DNA of 64,000 nucleotides from an uncultured Macellibacteroides sp. (GTDB lineage: Bacteria > Bacteroidota > Bacteroidia > Bacteroidales > Tannerellaceae). The stretch spans positions 3,545,054 through 3,609,053 of the forward strand of contig OY762974.1 of the NCBI GenBank assembly GCA_963667135.1, given 5' to 3'. Under the pieces are notes generated by a model. The model searched no databases. It had not been told where the DNA came from and worked only from the letters and a program-made list of their open reading frames with translations. Position numbers and translations under genes: made by a program. Numbering within the stretch: the first letter of the stretch is position 1; each line of letters opens with the position of its first letter. This document shows positions 49,072 to 57,028 of the stretch, one piece after another.

Positions 49072-50891
49072 TTGTAAAGATGAGTAAATACGCCTTTATG
49101 GTTTATCATAAAGAGTACGATTCGTTCTTATCCACGTTACGTGATTCGGGAGTTGTTCATGTTCAGGAATCGAAATCGATTGCCGACAATAAAGAATTGC
49201 AATCGGTTCTTTTACAGAGAAAACGGATTGATGAGACAAAGAGATACTTTAAGTCGTTGGTGGCTGATGATAAGGACGCCGTTTTTGCGCCTGCACACGA
49301 AGCAACGGATAAAGATTGTATGTATTTGCTTCAAAAAATTGATGAATGGAAAGAAAAGAAAGCCATCTTGGAATCCAGTAAGCTAACTCTTGAAAAAGAC
49401 ATTGCTTACATGGAAATATGGGGCGAATTTACCTATTCCAATATCAATAAATTAAAAAGAGCAGGATATCAGGTAACATTTTATACATGTCCGGTATCAA
49501 AATTTGATGAATCGTGGGTAGAGTTGTATAATGCTACAAAGATAAACACGTACCAGTCTGTTGTGTATTTTTTGACAATAACAAAGGTTGGTACAGTTTT
49601 AGAAATTGATGCCGAACGACCCAAAATGCCGGACAGAGGTCTGCCAAAGATTCACGAACGCTACAAACAGCAAATTGTAGATATCAAGAATGCCGAAAAT
49701 AAGCTGAAACAACTGGCTCTTTCAGAGTATAATACGTTGGATGCACTCGATAAGCGCTTACACAATCAATTCAATTATACGAATGCGATTGAGCAGACCT
49801 CTAAAGAAGCCGAAGACAAACTTATGCTCCTTCAAGGTTGGATTCCTCAGGAAAATGAGGCGTTGTTGATTAAGACGCTGGACGAGAAAGGCTTCTACTA
49901 CCAGAAACTTGAGATAAAAGAAGAAGACAATGTTCCTATTAAGCTGAAAAATAATAGTTTTGCCCGCTTATATGAACCAATCACAAGGTTATTCTCGCTG
50001 CCTAACTATAACGAGTTTGACCCTACGCCATTCTTTGCTCCCTTTTTTATGATGTTTTATGGATTCTGTTTTGGTGATGCAGGCTATGGATTGATTATTT
50101 TGCTAGCTGCTACTTTCTTTAAGAAAAAGCTAAGTGATGAGACTCGTCCTTTTGCAACATTATTCCAGTTCCTGGGTCTTTCAACCATCATATTCGGAAC
50201 ATTAACAGGGTCTTTCTTTGGTATATCCTTAGGGAACGTAGCCATTTTCAGCTCATTTAAAACTTATTTTCTAAGTTCGGACAATCTGATGACTCTTTCC
50301 ATTGTGCTGGGATTACTACAAATTGTTTTCGGTAAATGTATAGCTGCCGCCCAGGTTATTTATTTAAAGGGCTGGAAGTACGGAGTTGGACCAATCGGCT
50401 GGATTATCGCGATTGTTAGCGCGTTGACTGTTTTTGGAATACCCATGCTGGGAGTTACCTTATCGCCGGTTGTATTAAACATATGCAATGGTATAATGTA
50501 TGCAAGTATTGCCGTAGCATTGTTGTACAATTCTCCGGGTAAGAATATCTTTATGAATTTTGGATCGGGGTTATGGAATGCATACAACGTGGCTTCCGGG
50601 CTATTGGGAGATACCTTGTCGTACATCCGTTTGTTTGCCATAGGTCTTACCGGAGCAATTCTTGGAGGTGTATTTAATGAGCTGGCATTTTCAATGACCG
50701 AAGGAATGGGACTTATTCCTCGTTTCTTTAGTGTGCTGATTATATTGCTTATCGGTCATTCAATTAACTTTGGATTGTGCTCGATCAGCTCTCTGGTTCA
50801 CCCACTTCGTCTTACATTTGTTGAATATTATAAAAATTCCGAGTTTGCGGGAGGAGGTAAAGAATTTAAACCTTTCAAACTCGAGAAATAA
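49068..50891 (+). CDS. ntpI: V-type ATPase subunit I (a-type membrane stator)
   Basis: 607 aa. A soluble N-terminal half is followed by ~7 TM segments. The conserved Arg region is LSYIRLFAIGL. Its start overlaps the subunit D stop (ATGA). Confidence 0.9.
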   Translation: MIVKMSKYAFMVYHKEYDSFLSTLRDSGVVHVQESKSIADNKELQSVLLQRKRIDETKRYFKSLVADDKDAVFAPAHEATDKDCMYLLQKIDEWKEKKAILESSKLTLEKDIAYMEIWGEFTYSNINKLKRAGYQVTFYTCPVSKFDESWVELYNATKINTYQSVVYFLTITKVGTVLEIDAERPKMPDRGLPKIHERYKQQIVDIKNAENKLKQLALSEYNTLDALDKRLHNQFNYTNAIEQTSKEAEDKLMLLQGWIPQENEALLIKTLDEKGFYYQKLEIKEEDNVPIKLKNNSFARLYEPITRLFSLPNYNEFDPTPFFAPFFMMFYGFCFGDAGYGLIILLAATFFKKKLSDETRPFATLFQFLGLSTIIFGTLTGSFFGISLGNVAIFSSFKTYFLSSDNLMTLSIVLGLLQIVFGKCIAAAQVIYLKGWKYGVGPIGWIIAIVSALTVFGIPMLGVTLSPVVLNICNGIMYASIAVALLYNSPGKNIFMNFGSGLWNAYNVASGLLGDTLSYIRLFAIGLTGAILGGVFNELAFSMTEGMGLIPRFFSVLIILLIGHSINFGLCSISSLVHPLRLTFVEYYKNSEFAGGGKEFKPFKLEK

Positions 50892-50955
50892 TAAACCATT
50901 TAAGATATTAGAAATTTAATAAAACAAAAAATAATAATTTAAAAACTATTTAATT

Positions 50956-51408
50956 ATGGAACCAATTTTATTAGCGTATATTGGAGTTGCATTAATGGTC
51001 GGATTTACCGGACTCGGTAGCGTGTATGGTGTAACTATCTGTGGAAACGCGGTAGTAGGAGCAATGAAGAAAAATCCAGACCAATTAGGTACTTATATTG
51101 CTTTAAGTGCATTGCCAAGTTCGCAGGGACTTTATGGTTTTGTTGGTTACTTTATGGTTAAAGGATTTCTGGTAAACGAAATTTCGTTATTCGCGTCGAT
51201 AGCTATTTTGGGTGCAGGAATAATTATGGCAATTGTAGGTTATTTTTCTGCAATCCGTCAGGCCCAGGTATGTGCAAACGGTATTGTTGGTGTTGCCGCA
51301 GGACATAATGTATTCGGAGCCACTATGGTTATGGCCGTATTCCCCGAATTGTATGCCATCTTAGGTTTGCTTGTTTTGATTTTGATAACAGGATCAATCC
51401 CTGTCTGA
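50956..51408 (+). CDS. ntpK: V-type ATPase proteolipid subunit K (4-TM c-ring subunit)
   Basis: 150 aa with four TM helices. Contains LPSSQGLYGFVGYF, and the essential carboxylate lies in FPELYAILG. Confidence 0.9.
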   Translation: MEPILLAYIGVALMVGFTGLGSVYGVTICGNAVVGAMKKNPDQLGTYIALSALPSSQGLYGFVGYFMVKGFLVNEISLFASIAILGAGIIMAIVGYFSAIRQAQVCANGIVGVAAGHNVFGATMVMAVFPELYAILGLLVLILITGSIPV

Positions 51409-51455
51409 ATCCATCCCGAATAAAGATAGATCCGACAATAGTCTGATCTAATTAT

Positions 51456-51500
51456 ACAGCGAGCATCACCCCATAAAGGAGAGATGCTCGCTGTCTTTTT
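51456..51500 (+). terminator. rho-independent terminator of the V-ATPase operon
   Basis: Perfect 12-bp stem ACAGCGAGCATC/GATGCTCGCTGT with a 15-nt loop, followed by CTTTTTA. Confidence 0.7.
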
Positions 51501-51589
51501 ATGACTACCGCCTGTCTTGCAATTACAGATCATTTATGCAATAGAAAAATTGGAAAGAGCCCTTCGTTAATTACAAAATAGCAATAGGT

Positions 51590-51657
51590 TTAGCGCTTCA
51601 AAATCAATTGATTTTGAAGCGCTAATAAGTTTATTTGAGTCGTTAAATAAACTTATT
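51590..51657. repeat. 36-bp perfect palindrome abutting a 13-bp-arm inverted repeat
   Basis: TTAGCGCTTCAAAATCAATTGATTTTGAAGCGCTAA (51590-51625) is a perfect palindrome. AATAAGTTTATTT (51624-51636) pairs with AAATAAACTTATT (51645-51657). Confidence 0.8.
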
Positions 51658-51725
51658 TAGAGTTGCAAATAAGTTCATCTGAGCAGGAATAATTGGTTTT
51701 GCATTTGCTTCATCCCAGGAGTAAG

Positions 51726-51908
51726 GTCGGGCAAAGCAGGATCGGCCTCGTCGGAGCAAGCGTTAAAAAACTACCTTCCGGAGGCGATTAAAAACGGAAA
51801 GCTGTTTGAGCGCAGCGAGTTCTTTCCGTTCAGCCTCAGGAAGGTAGTTTTAGCTTGCGCAGGCGCCTGCCTTGACTTTTTGTTTCTTTTGCGTCAAGGC
51901 AAAAGAAA
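51726..51908. repeat. long nested imperfect inverted repeat (REP/MITE-like element or structured RNA)
   Basis: Four nested arm pairs were found. They are AACGGAAAG/CTTTCCGTT (51793-51801 / 51822-51830), CTACCTTCCGGAGGC/GCCTCAGGAAGGTAG (51771-51785 / 51833-51847), GCAAGC/GCTTGC (51756-51761 / 51853-51858) and GTCGGGCAAAGCAGG/CCTGCCTTGAC (51726-51740 / 51866-51876). Two overlapping alternative hairpins follow: CCTTGAC/GTCAAGG and TTTCTTTTGC/GCAAAAGAAA (51870-51908). Confidence 0.65.
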
Positions 51909-51996
51909 GTAATAAGAACGCTAGTATAAACAAGCATCCCTTTGTACGAAAGTAATTATGCAAGTTACCTCGCAAACCTATCCGATGTAATTGTTA

Positions 51997-52761
51997 TCAA
52001 TGCGGATAAGTTAGATTTGATTTCATAAAGATAAGAGCTTTCTCCATATCTTCGGGAGTGTCGATGCCTATGGTTTTTTGTTGCGTGATACCTGCTTTTA
52101 TCTTAAAACCGTTTTCGAGCCAGCGTAATTGCTCCAGGCTTTCTGCTATCTCGAGCGTTGACTGGGGCAGACTGGTAATGGCTCCAAGCGCTTCTGCCCG
52201 ATAGGCGTACAACCCAATGTGTTTGTAGTAGGTGTGATGGGCCAACCATTCGCTGTGTTCTTTTCCACGCATATAGGGGATGATGGAACGGCTGAAGTAC
52301 ATGGCTTCCCGATTCTTGTTTAAAACAACCTTGGGACTGTTGGCATTTAACAGGGTCTCGTATCCATCGTCTCCGCGGAATGGCTTTACCAATGTGGCTA
52401 TCTGTATGGATGCGTCGTCGAAGCATGCCTTTACGGTTTCTATTTGTTCGGGATGAATAAATGGTTCGTCGCCCTGGATATTGATTATCACATCGTATCC
52501 TGCTCCGGCTTTTGTGAAGGCTTCGTAGCACCGGTCGGTTCCGCTGCGGTGCTGATCGGACGTCATTACCACGTTACCACCAAAAGCCTTGACTGCAGCT
52601 TCAATACGGGCATCGTCTGTTGCTACACACACAGCGTCAAGCACATCTTTTACTTGCTCGTACACGCGTTGTATCATAGGTTTTCCGTCCATGTCGGCCA
52701 ATGGTTTTCCCGGAAATCGGGTAGAGGCATAGCGGGCGGGTATAATTCCAATAAATTTCAT
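51997..52761 (-). CDS. kdsB: 3-deoxy-manno-octulosonate cytidylyltransferase (CMP-Kdo synthetase)
   Basis: IIPARYASTRFPGKPL, IINIQGDEPFI and EQLRWLENG. 254 aa. Confidence 0.93.
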   Translation of the reverse strand: MKFIGIIPARYASTRFPGKPLADMDGKPMIQRVYEQVKDVLDAVCVATDDARIEAAVKAFGGNVVMTSDQHRSGTDRCYEAFTKAGAGYDVIINIQGDEPFIHPEQIETVKACFDDASIQIATLVKPFRGDDGYETLLNANSPKVVLNKNREAMYFSRSIIPYMRGKEHSEWLAHHTYYKHIGLYAYRAEALGAITSLPQSTLEIAESLEQLRWLENGFKIKAGITQQKTIGIDTPEDMEKALIFMKSNLTYPH

Positions 52762-52772
52762 AGGGTGTATTT

Positions 52773-55043
52773 TTATGTATTTACAATTTCTCCTTCACTT
52801 AAAATGATCATCTTATCGCGTTCGCCAACAATCCAGACGATATCGCCTTCTTCAAATACGGTGGAAGGGGATGGGTTCATAATCGATGAAATGCCTCGCT
52901 CAATCCCGATAACCAGACAGGCGGATTTGTCGCGGATACCCGATTCGCGTATGGAACGGCCTATAAGCTCGGATCCTTGATTGATAACAAACTGTTCCAT
53001 GCTTACCTCTTTAAGTTCTTCATTCTGTAGAACAGACTGATTTTGCCGATATCGTTCTTCTGTATACTGTAAGAATGACTCAAGTTCCGTATCTGTGCCT
53101 ACAACGATAAGCTTATCGAAAGGGTAAAGACGTTCTTCGCCTCCCGGAATATTTATCCGTTGTTCTCCCCGTATAATTGTTACAACGTTTACTCCACATT
53201 TATTTCTGAAATCAAGTTCTTTCAGCGTTTTACCAACACTGGGCGAAGCTTGCCTGATTTCGAAATCTGCCAGGTGAAGGTCTCTGGCCAGCAAATGGTT
53301 GGCAAACTGTTGCTTGATGGGCGATTTGCGTTCTTGTTCAACCTGACGTGCCGAGAGGTTTTTAAAGAAATGCCTTTCTATCTGAATGGAATGTTTTTTT
53401 AGTCTTTTAGAGAATATAAAAAGGATAATAGATGCGGATGCAATGGCTATTACCAGACCGAAGGTAATATTTAACAGCTTGGCAACAGGGATCATTACAA
53501 TGCCGATGCAGAGCAGAATACGTAGTACAATGAGCGATACCAGCGATCCTCGGTTGTATTTACTGTCTTGCCATAACTCCTGGTATTCTACGGAATGATT
53601 CTTTTTCATCATTACGGCCCGTAACAAGGGAGAGATAATAAGCAAGATAAGACCAAGCGAAAGTATTTCTCCCTGAAATCCGGGTAGTTTGCTCATAATT
53701 AACGGAGCAGCATACTTAAGCCACAAAATAATCAGCACAACAGCCACTGCCGAATACATAACGACTATGCGGAGCAGGGCTTTGAGCAACTTATCCCAGG
53801 TGCTTTTTTGTTTTATGGTGTTTGCCCCCGAAGTATATCTGTCGAAGAATCGTCGCCACGATCCGGGCATATGTTTGTCAGCAAAGCGGTATGCGGGTTC
53901 CGACAAGCGGATCATAAAGGGGGTAAGGAAAGTGGTTATCACGGATACGGCTACAACAATCGGGTATAGAAAATGGTCGGTCACCTTAAGCGAAAGTCCC
54001 AACGATGCAATGATGAACGCGAACTCGCCGATTTGTGCCAGCGAGAAACCCGATTGAATAGCTACTTTTAATGGCTGTCCGGACAACAGGATGCCAAAGG
54101 ATGAGAACAGTATTTGTCCGACGATTACCACAAGCGTTATAAATAGGATGGGAAATTTGTATTCCCACAACAAAGCCGGATCTATCAACATTCCAACGGA
54201 AACAAAGAAGATGGCGCCAAAAAGGTTTTTAACGGGTTTGGTTAGGTGTTCGATGTGCTCGGCTTCGAGAGTTTCGGCAAGGATGGATCCCATTACAAAG
54301 GCCCCCAGAGCGGATGAAAATCCTGATTTGGTGGCTAATATAACCATACCCAGACATAGTCCGATACTAACAATGAGCAGCGTTTCGTCGTTCAGGTATT
54401 TTTTTGTTTTCCGGAGGAATGATGGAAGCAGGTAGATACCTGCAATAAATGTAAATAGCAGGAAAATTCCCAACTTTACTACACTGTCTAATAGTTCGGT
54501 ACCTTCCACTTCTTTACTTACCGCAAGGGTGGAAAGTAAAACCATGAGCAGCACTGCGAATAAATCTTCCACTACCAGAACACCTAATACCACTCCGGCA
54601 AATCGTTTGTTACGCAATTCCATATCCTCAAATGCCTTGAATATGATGGTGGTAGACGACATGGACAGCATTCCTCCAAGAAAGAGACTGTTCATATATC
54701 CCCAACCCAGGGCCATCCCGGTCGAATAACCCACGGTCATCATTCCCATGACTACCGTGATTGCACCTATCGTGGCTGTACCGCCTACTTTCATAAGCTT
54801 CTTGAAGCTGAAATCGAGTCCCAGCGCAAAGAGTAAGAATACGACCCCTATATCCGCCCAAATACGAATGCTTTCAATATCTGTAACGGTGGGAATCTCT
54901 GTTATAGAGGGACCTGCCAGAATACCAGCAACAATATATCCGAGTACAACAGGTTGCTTCAGCCATTTGAACAGCAGAGAAACAAGTCCGGCGGCAATCA
55001 GGATAACGGCAAGGTCTGATATGAGTGTTGGTAATTGCGACAT
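52773..55043 (-). CDS. cation:proton antiporter (CPA2/Kef-like) with two C-terminal RCK_C/TrkA_C domains
   Basis: 756 aa. N-terminal Na+/H+ exchanger fold (LKQPVVLGYIVAGILAGP, ~12 TM), more TM segments, then two TrkA_C-like repeats (..GKTLKELDFR..VVTIIRGE.. and ..GRSIRESGIR..VIGIERG..). Confidence 0.85.
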   Translation of the reverse strand: MSQLPTLISDLAVILIAAGLVSLLFKWLKQPVVLGYIVAGILAGPSITEIPTVTDIESIRIWADIGVVFLLFALGLDFSFKKLMKVGGTATIGAITVVMGMMTVGYSTGMALGWGYMNSLFLGGMLSMSSTTIIFKAFEDMELRNKRFAGVVLGVLVVEDLFAVLLMVLLSTLAVSKEVEGTELLDSVVKLGIFLLFTFIAGIYLLPSFLRKTKKYLNDETLLIVSIGLCLGMVILATKSGFSSALGAFVMGSILAETLEAEHIEHLTKPVKNLFGAIFFVSVGMLIDPALLWEYKFPILFITLVVIVGQILFSSFGILLSGQPLKVAIQSGFSLAQIGEFAFIIASLGLSLKVTDHFLYPIVVAVSVITTFLTPFMIRLSEPAYRFADKHMPGSWRRFFDRYTSGANTIKQKSTWDKLLKALLRIVVMYSAVAVVLIILWLKYAAPLIMSKLPGFQGEILSLGLILLIISPLLRAVMMKKNHSVEYQELWQDSKYNRGSLVSLIVLRILLCIGIVMIPVAKLLNITFGLVIAIASASIILFIFSKRLKKHSIQIERHFFKNLSARQVEQERKSPIKQQFANHLLARDLHLADFEIRQASPSVGKTLKELDFRNKCGVNVVTIIRGEQRINIPGGEERLYPFDKLIVVGTDTELESFLQYTEERYRQNQSVLQNEELKEVSMEQFVINQGSELIGRSIRESGIRDKSACLVIGIERGISSIMNPSPSTVFEEGDIVWIVGERDKMIILSEGEIVNT

Positions 55044-55063
55044 TCTTCTAATGTTTATGAAGG

Positions 55064-55071
55064 CAAAGTTA
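55064..55071 (-). promoter_or_regulatory. Bacteroidota -7 promoter box (antiporter-kdsB unit)
   Basis: Minus-strand TAACTTTG, 20 nt before the ATG at 55043. Confidence 0.5.
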
Positions 55072-55094
55072 CTTATATTTTAATTTCTTTTCGT

Positions 55095-55102
55095 TAGCTT
55101 TG
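55095..55102 (+). promoter_or_regulatory. Bacteroidota -7 promoter box (lipoprotein / HPPK-like unit)
   Basis: TAGCTTTG, 26 nt before the ATG at 55129. Confidence 0.5.
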
Positions 55103-55128
55103 CGCTATAAATATAATTATGAAATAGC

Positions 55129-55626
55129 ATGAAAACACGTATCTCACTGTTAACCATTCTTTCCCTTATGCTTATTTGCTTGTGTTCTTGTGAAAATAAA
55201 AAAGAGCTGAAAGATTTTTCGTTTACGTATAGCATGGAGAGTGTAGACAACTACAAAATGATGGTTACATTCGACAGCAAGAAGAATTACAAGCTGGAGG
55301 AGTATAACTATTTTTTCGACAATTTTGCCAAAAAGAAGGATCCCCGTATTAAAGAAGGCACTTTGACCGATAAAGAATTCAAACAGATACAGTCGCTGAT
55401 TGTTGACAGTAAGTTGTTTGAAATGAAGGATTCCTACGGATTCGAAAAAGATTATAACCGGGATTTGGGCGATATTATGTATCAGATTTCATTTAATGCC
55501 GAAGGAAAAGACAAATATATCTCTATCCGGTCTACCGAAGACCAACCTTTCTCTACTCAGTTTGTCGGATTGATTGGCTATATAAACAAGTTTATTAATT
55601 CCCATAAAGGCAAAGAAGCCAAATAA
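55129..55626 (+). CDS. hypothetical lipoprotein
   Basis: Signal peptide with a Cys-containing lipobox-like end (LMLICLCSC). 165 aa with no recognisable domain. Confidence 0.6.
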   Translation: MKTRISLLTILSLMLICLCSCENKKELKDFSFTYSMESVDNYKMMVTFDSKKNYKLEEYNYFFDNFAKKKDPRIKEGTLTDKEFKQIQSLIVDSKLFEMKDSYGFEKDYNRDLGDIMYQISFNAEGKDKYISIRSTEDQPFSTQFVGLIGYINKFINSHKGKEAK

Positions 55627-55632
55627 GTCGGG

Positions 55633-56016
55633 ATGCACCGGATTATCTTAGGTATAGGATCAAATTACGATCAGGAGAATAACGTGGCGTATGCAGCAGA
55701 ACAGCTCTGTACGCTTTTCTCTTCTATACGCTTTTCTCAAAGTTATTATTCCAAAGCAGAAGGGAAATCGTATAGCGTAGGTCCTTATCTGAATCAGGTG
55801 GCCATTGCATATACAACGCTTATTCACAGCGAGATAACTCCTTTGCTGAAAGCAATAGAGAAAGCTGCAGGGCGTAGCAAAGAGTTGAAGGCTGTTGGTA
55901 TAATTCCTATTGATATTGATCTTATCCAGTGGAACGATCTTGTTTTGAAGCCCGAAGATCTAACCCGGTCTTACGTTCGTAAGGGATTGGATGAATTACT
56001 TCTTGAGGAGGAGTAA
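55633..56016 (+). CDS. short HPPK-like protein (2-amino-4-hydroxy-6-hydroxymethyldihydropteridine diphosphokinase family, atypically short)
   Basis: 127 aa. By eye it aligns to E. coli FolK: IILGIGSNY vs AYIAIGSNL, PYLNQVAIAYT vs DYLNAAVALET, and IPIDIDLIQW vs RTLDLDIMLF. The C-terminal third is missing or divergent. Confidence 0.5.
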   Translation: MHRIILGIGSNYDQENNVAYAAEQLCTLFSSIRFSQSYYSKAEGKSYSVGPYLNQVAIAYTTLIHSEITPLLKAIEKAAGRSKELKAVGIIPIDIDLIQWNDLVLKPEDLTRSYVRKGLDELLLEEE

Positions 56017-57008
56017 GGAACACAAGATAATACAATAAACGGAGCCGCTATATAACCAAAGCTTCCTGTTAAGTGAATCAGCTTGTTTAGCAGCCGGGAT
56101 ATAGTTGCCATCAACGAACTGCTTCGCTGTTCGTTGTAAAACCCTTTGCTTACTTTCACTTTATAATCGTAAGGAGTCAATAGCTTGTAGTATTTTCTTA
56201 TGGGAAGTATTCGCTCGGTCCAGTTTCCATTTTCAGGATCACAGGTATTCCACCTATCGCTCGGACACGGTTTCAGACCCGTAGGAATGGACATGTGAAT
56301 ATCTTTGAAAGTGAGACCTCTGCAACAAATGGCCCAGTCTTTTGCTTCGGCTTCTGTTAGTTCTGGAAAATGGAGACGTATATAATCAAAGCGCTTGGTG
56401 TAGTAGTTGGGTGTTTCTCCTTGCCCGGTTTCGCAGCTGACCATTATTTTTCGTAGTTTCCACTTTACATAGGGATTAAATGGGGTGGAAGCCGTGGTAA
56501 AATACATCTTCATGGACGAATTTACTTCCAGAAGTTCGCCGAAAAAACTTTTTAGATCGTATACATGTTCAATTAAATCGGTTGCTATAAGTACTTCCGG
56601 CTTTAGTTGATTTTTTCTGCACCATCGATAAAGCTCGTCCGAACTTCCCTCCAGAATTACATCGGCTCCGATGCCAATATGTTCTTTCAATGTAGTAGCC
56701 GTTTGTACGGAAAGTGGGTTATGATCCACGTAGATAACCGTTCCAACTCCGAACACTTTTGCAAGCATACTTAGAAAGCCGCTTCCTCCCCCAAAATCGA
56801 CTAAAGTAAGTTCATCGGGAGTCATGCCGGATTCTTTAATACCTTTTTGCAAACACATGCCGAAAATTTTCAGGTAATAGTTTATTGCCGGCATCATGCG
56901 TTGGATATACGCTTTGTTGTAACTGCTAATTGGGAGGGTAGCGTAGGGAACATCCAGTAAGCGATCAGTCAGCTTCTGAATCTTTTCGTTGAATTCGGTG
57001 GTTTTCAT
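55971..57008 (-). CDS. class I SAM-dependent methyltransferase
   Basis: 345 aa. Motif I is LVDFGGGSGFLS, with a post-I acidic residue (YVDHN). It is the last gene of the 5-gene operon. Confidence 0.8.
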   Translation of the reverse strand: MKTTEFNEKIQKLTDRLLDVPYATLPISSYNKAYIQRMMPAINYYLKIFGMCLQKGIKESGMTPDELTLVDFGGGSGFLSMLAKVFGVGTVIYVDHNPLSVQTATTLKEHIGIGADVILEGSSDELYRWCRKNQLKPEVLIATDLIEHVYDLKSFFGELLEVNSSMKMYFTTASTPFNPYVKWKLRKIMVSCETGQGETPNYYTKRFDYIRLHFPELTEAEAKDWAICCRGLTFKDIHMSIPTGLKPCPSDRWNTCDPENGNWTERILPIRKYYKLLTPYDYKVKVSKGFYNEQRSSSLMATISRLLNKLIHLTGSFGYIAAPFIVLSCVPYSSSRSNSSNPLRT

Positions 57009-57028
57009 TTATTCATATAGTTAATTTA

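Noticed and set aside
51771-51785. CCUCCGGAAGG on the minus strand resembling the SRP RNA GGAA tetraloop helix
   Set aside because: The flanking sequence lacks the conserved AGCAGC / GUCAGG symmetric-loop residues. This segment instead pairs with a distal arm at 51833-51847.
52103-52980. ORFs 52103-52531 (-) and 52444-52980 (+) overlapping kdsB and the antiporter 3' end
   Set aside because: They are Arg/Ser/His-rich translations of alternative frames of a relatively GC-rich conserved gene. kdsB and the antiporter fully explain the region.
53160-55083. Series of plus-strand ORFs (53160-53402, 53386-53598, 53689-54057, 54091-54435, 54529-54729, 54748-55083) antisense to the CPA2 antiporter
   Set aside because: These are short, fragmented shadow ORFs opposite a 756-aa membrane protein with clear family motifs.
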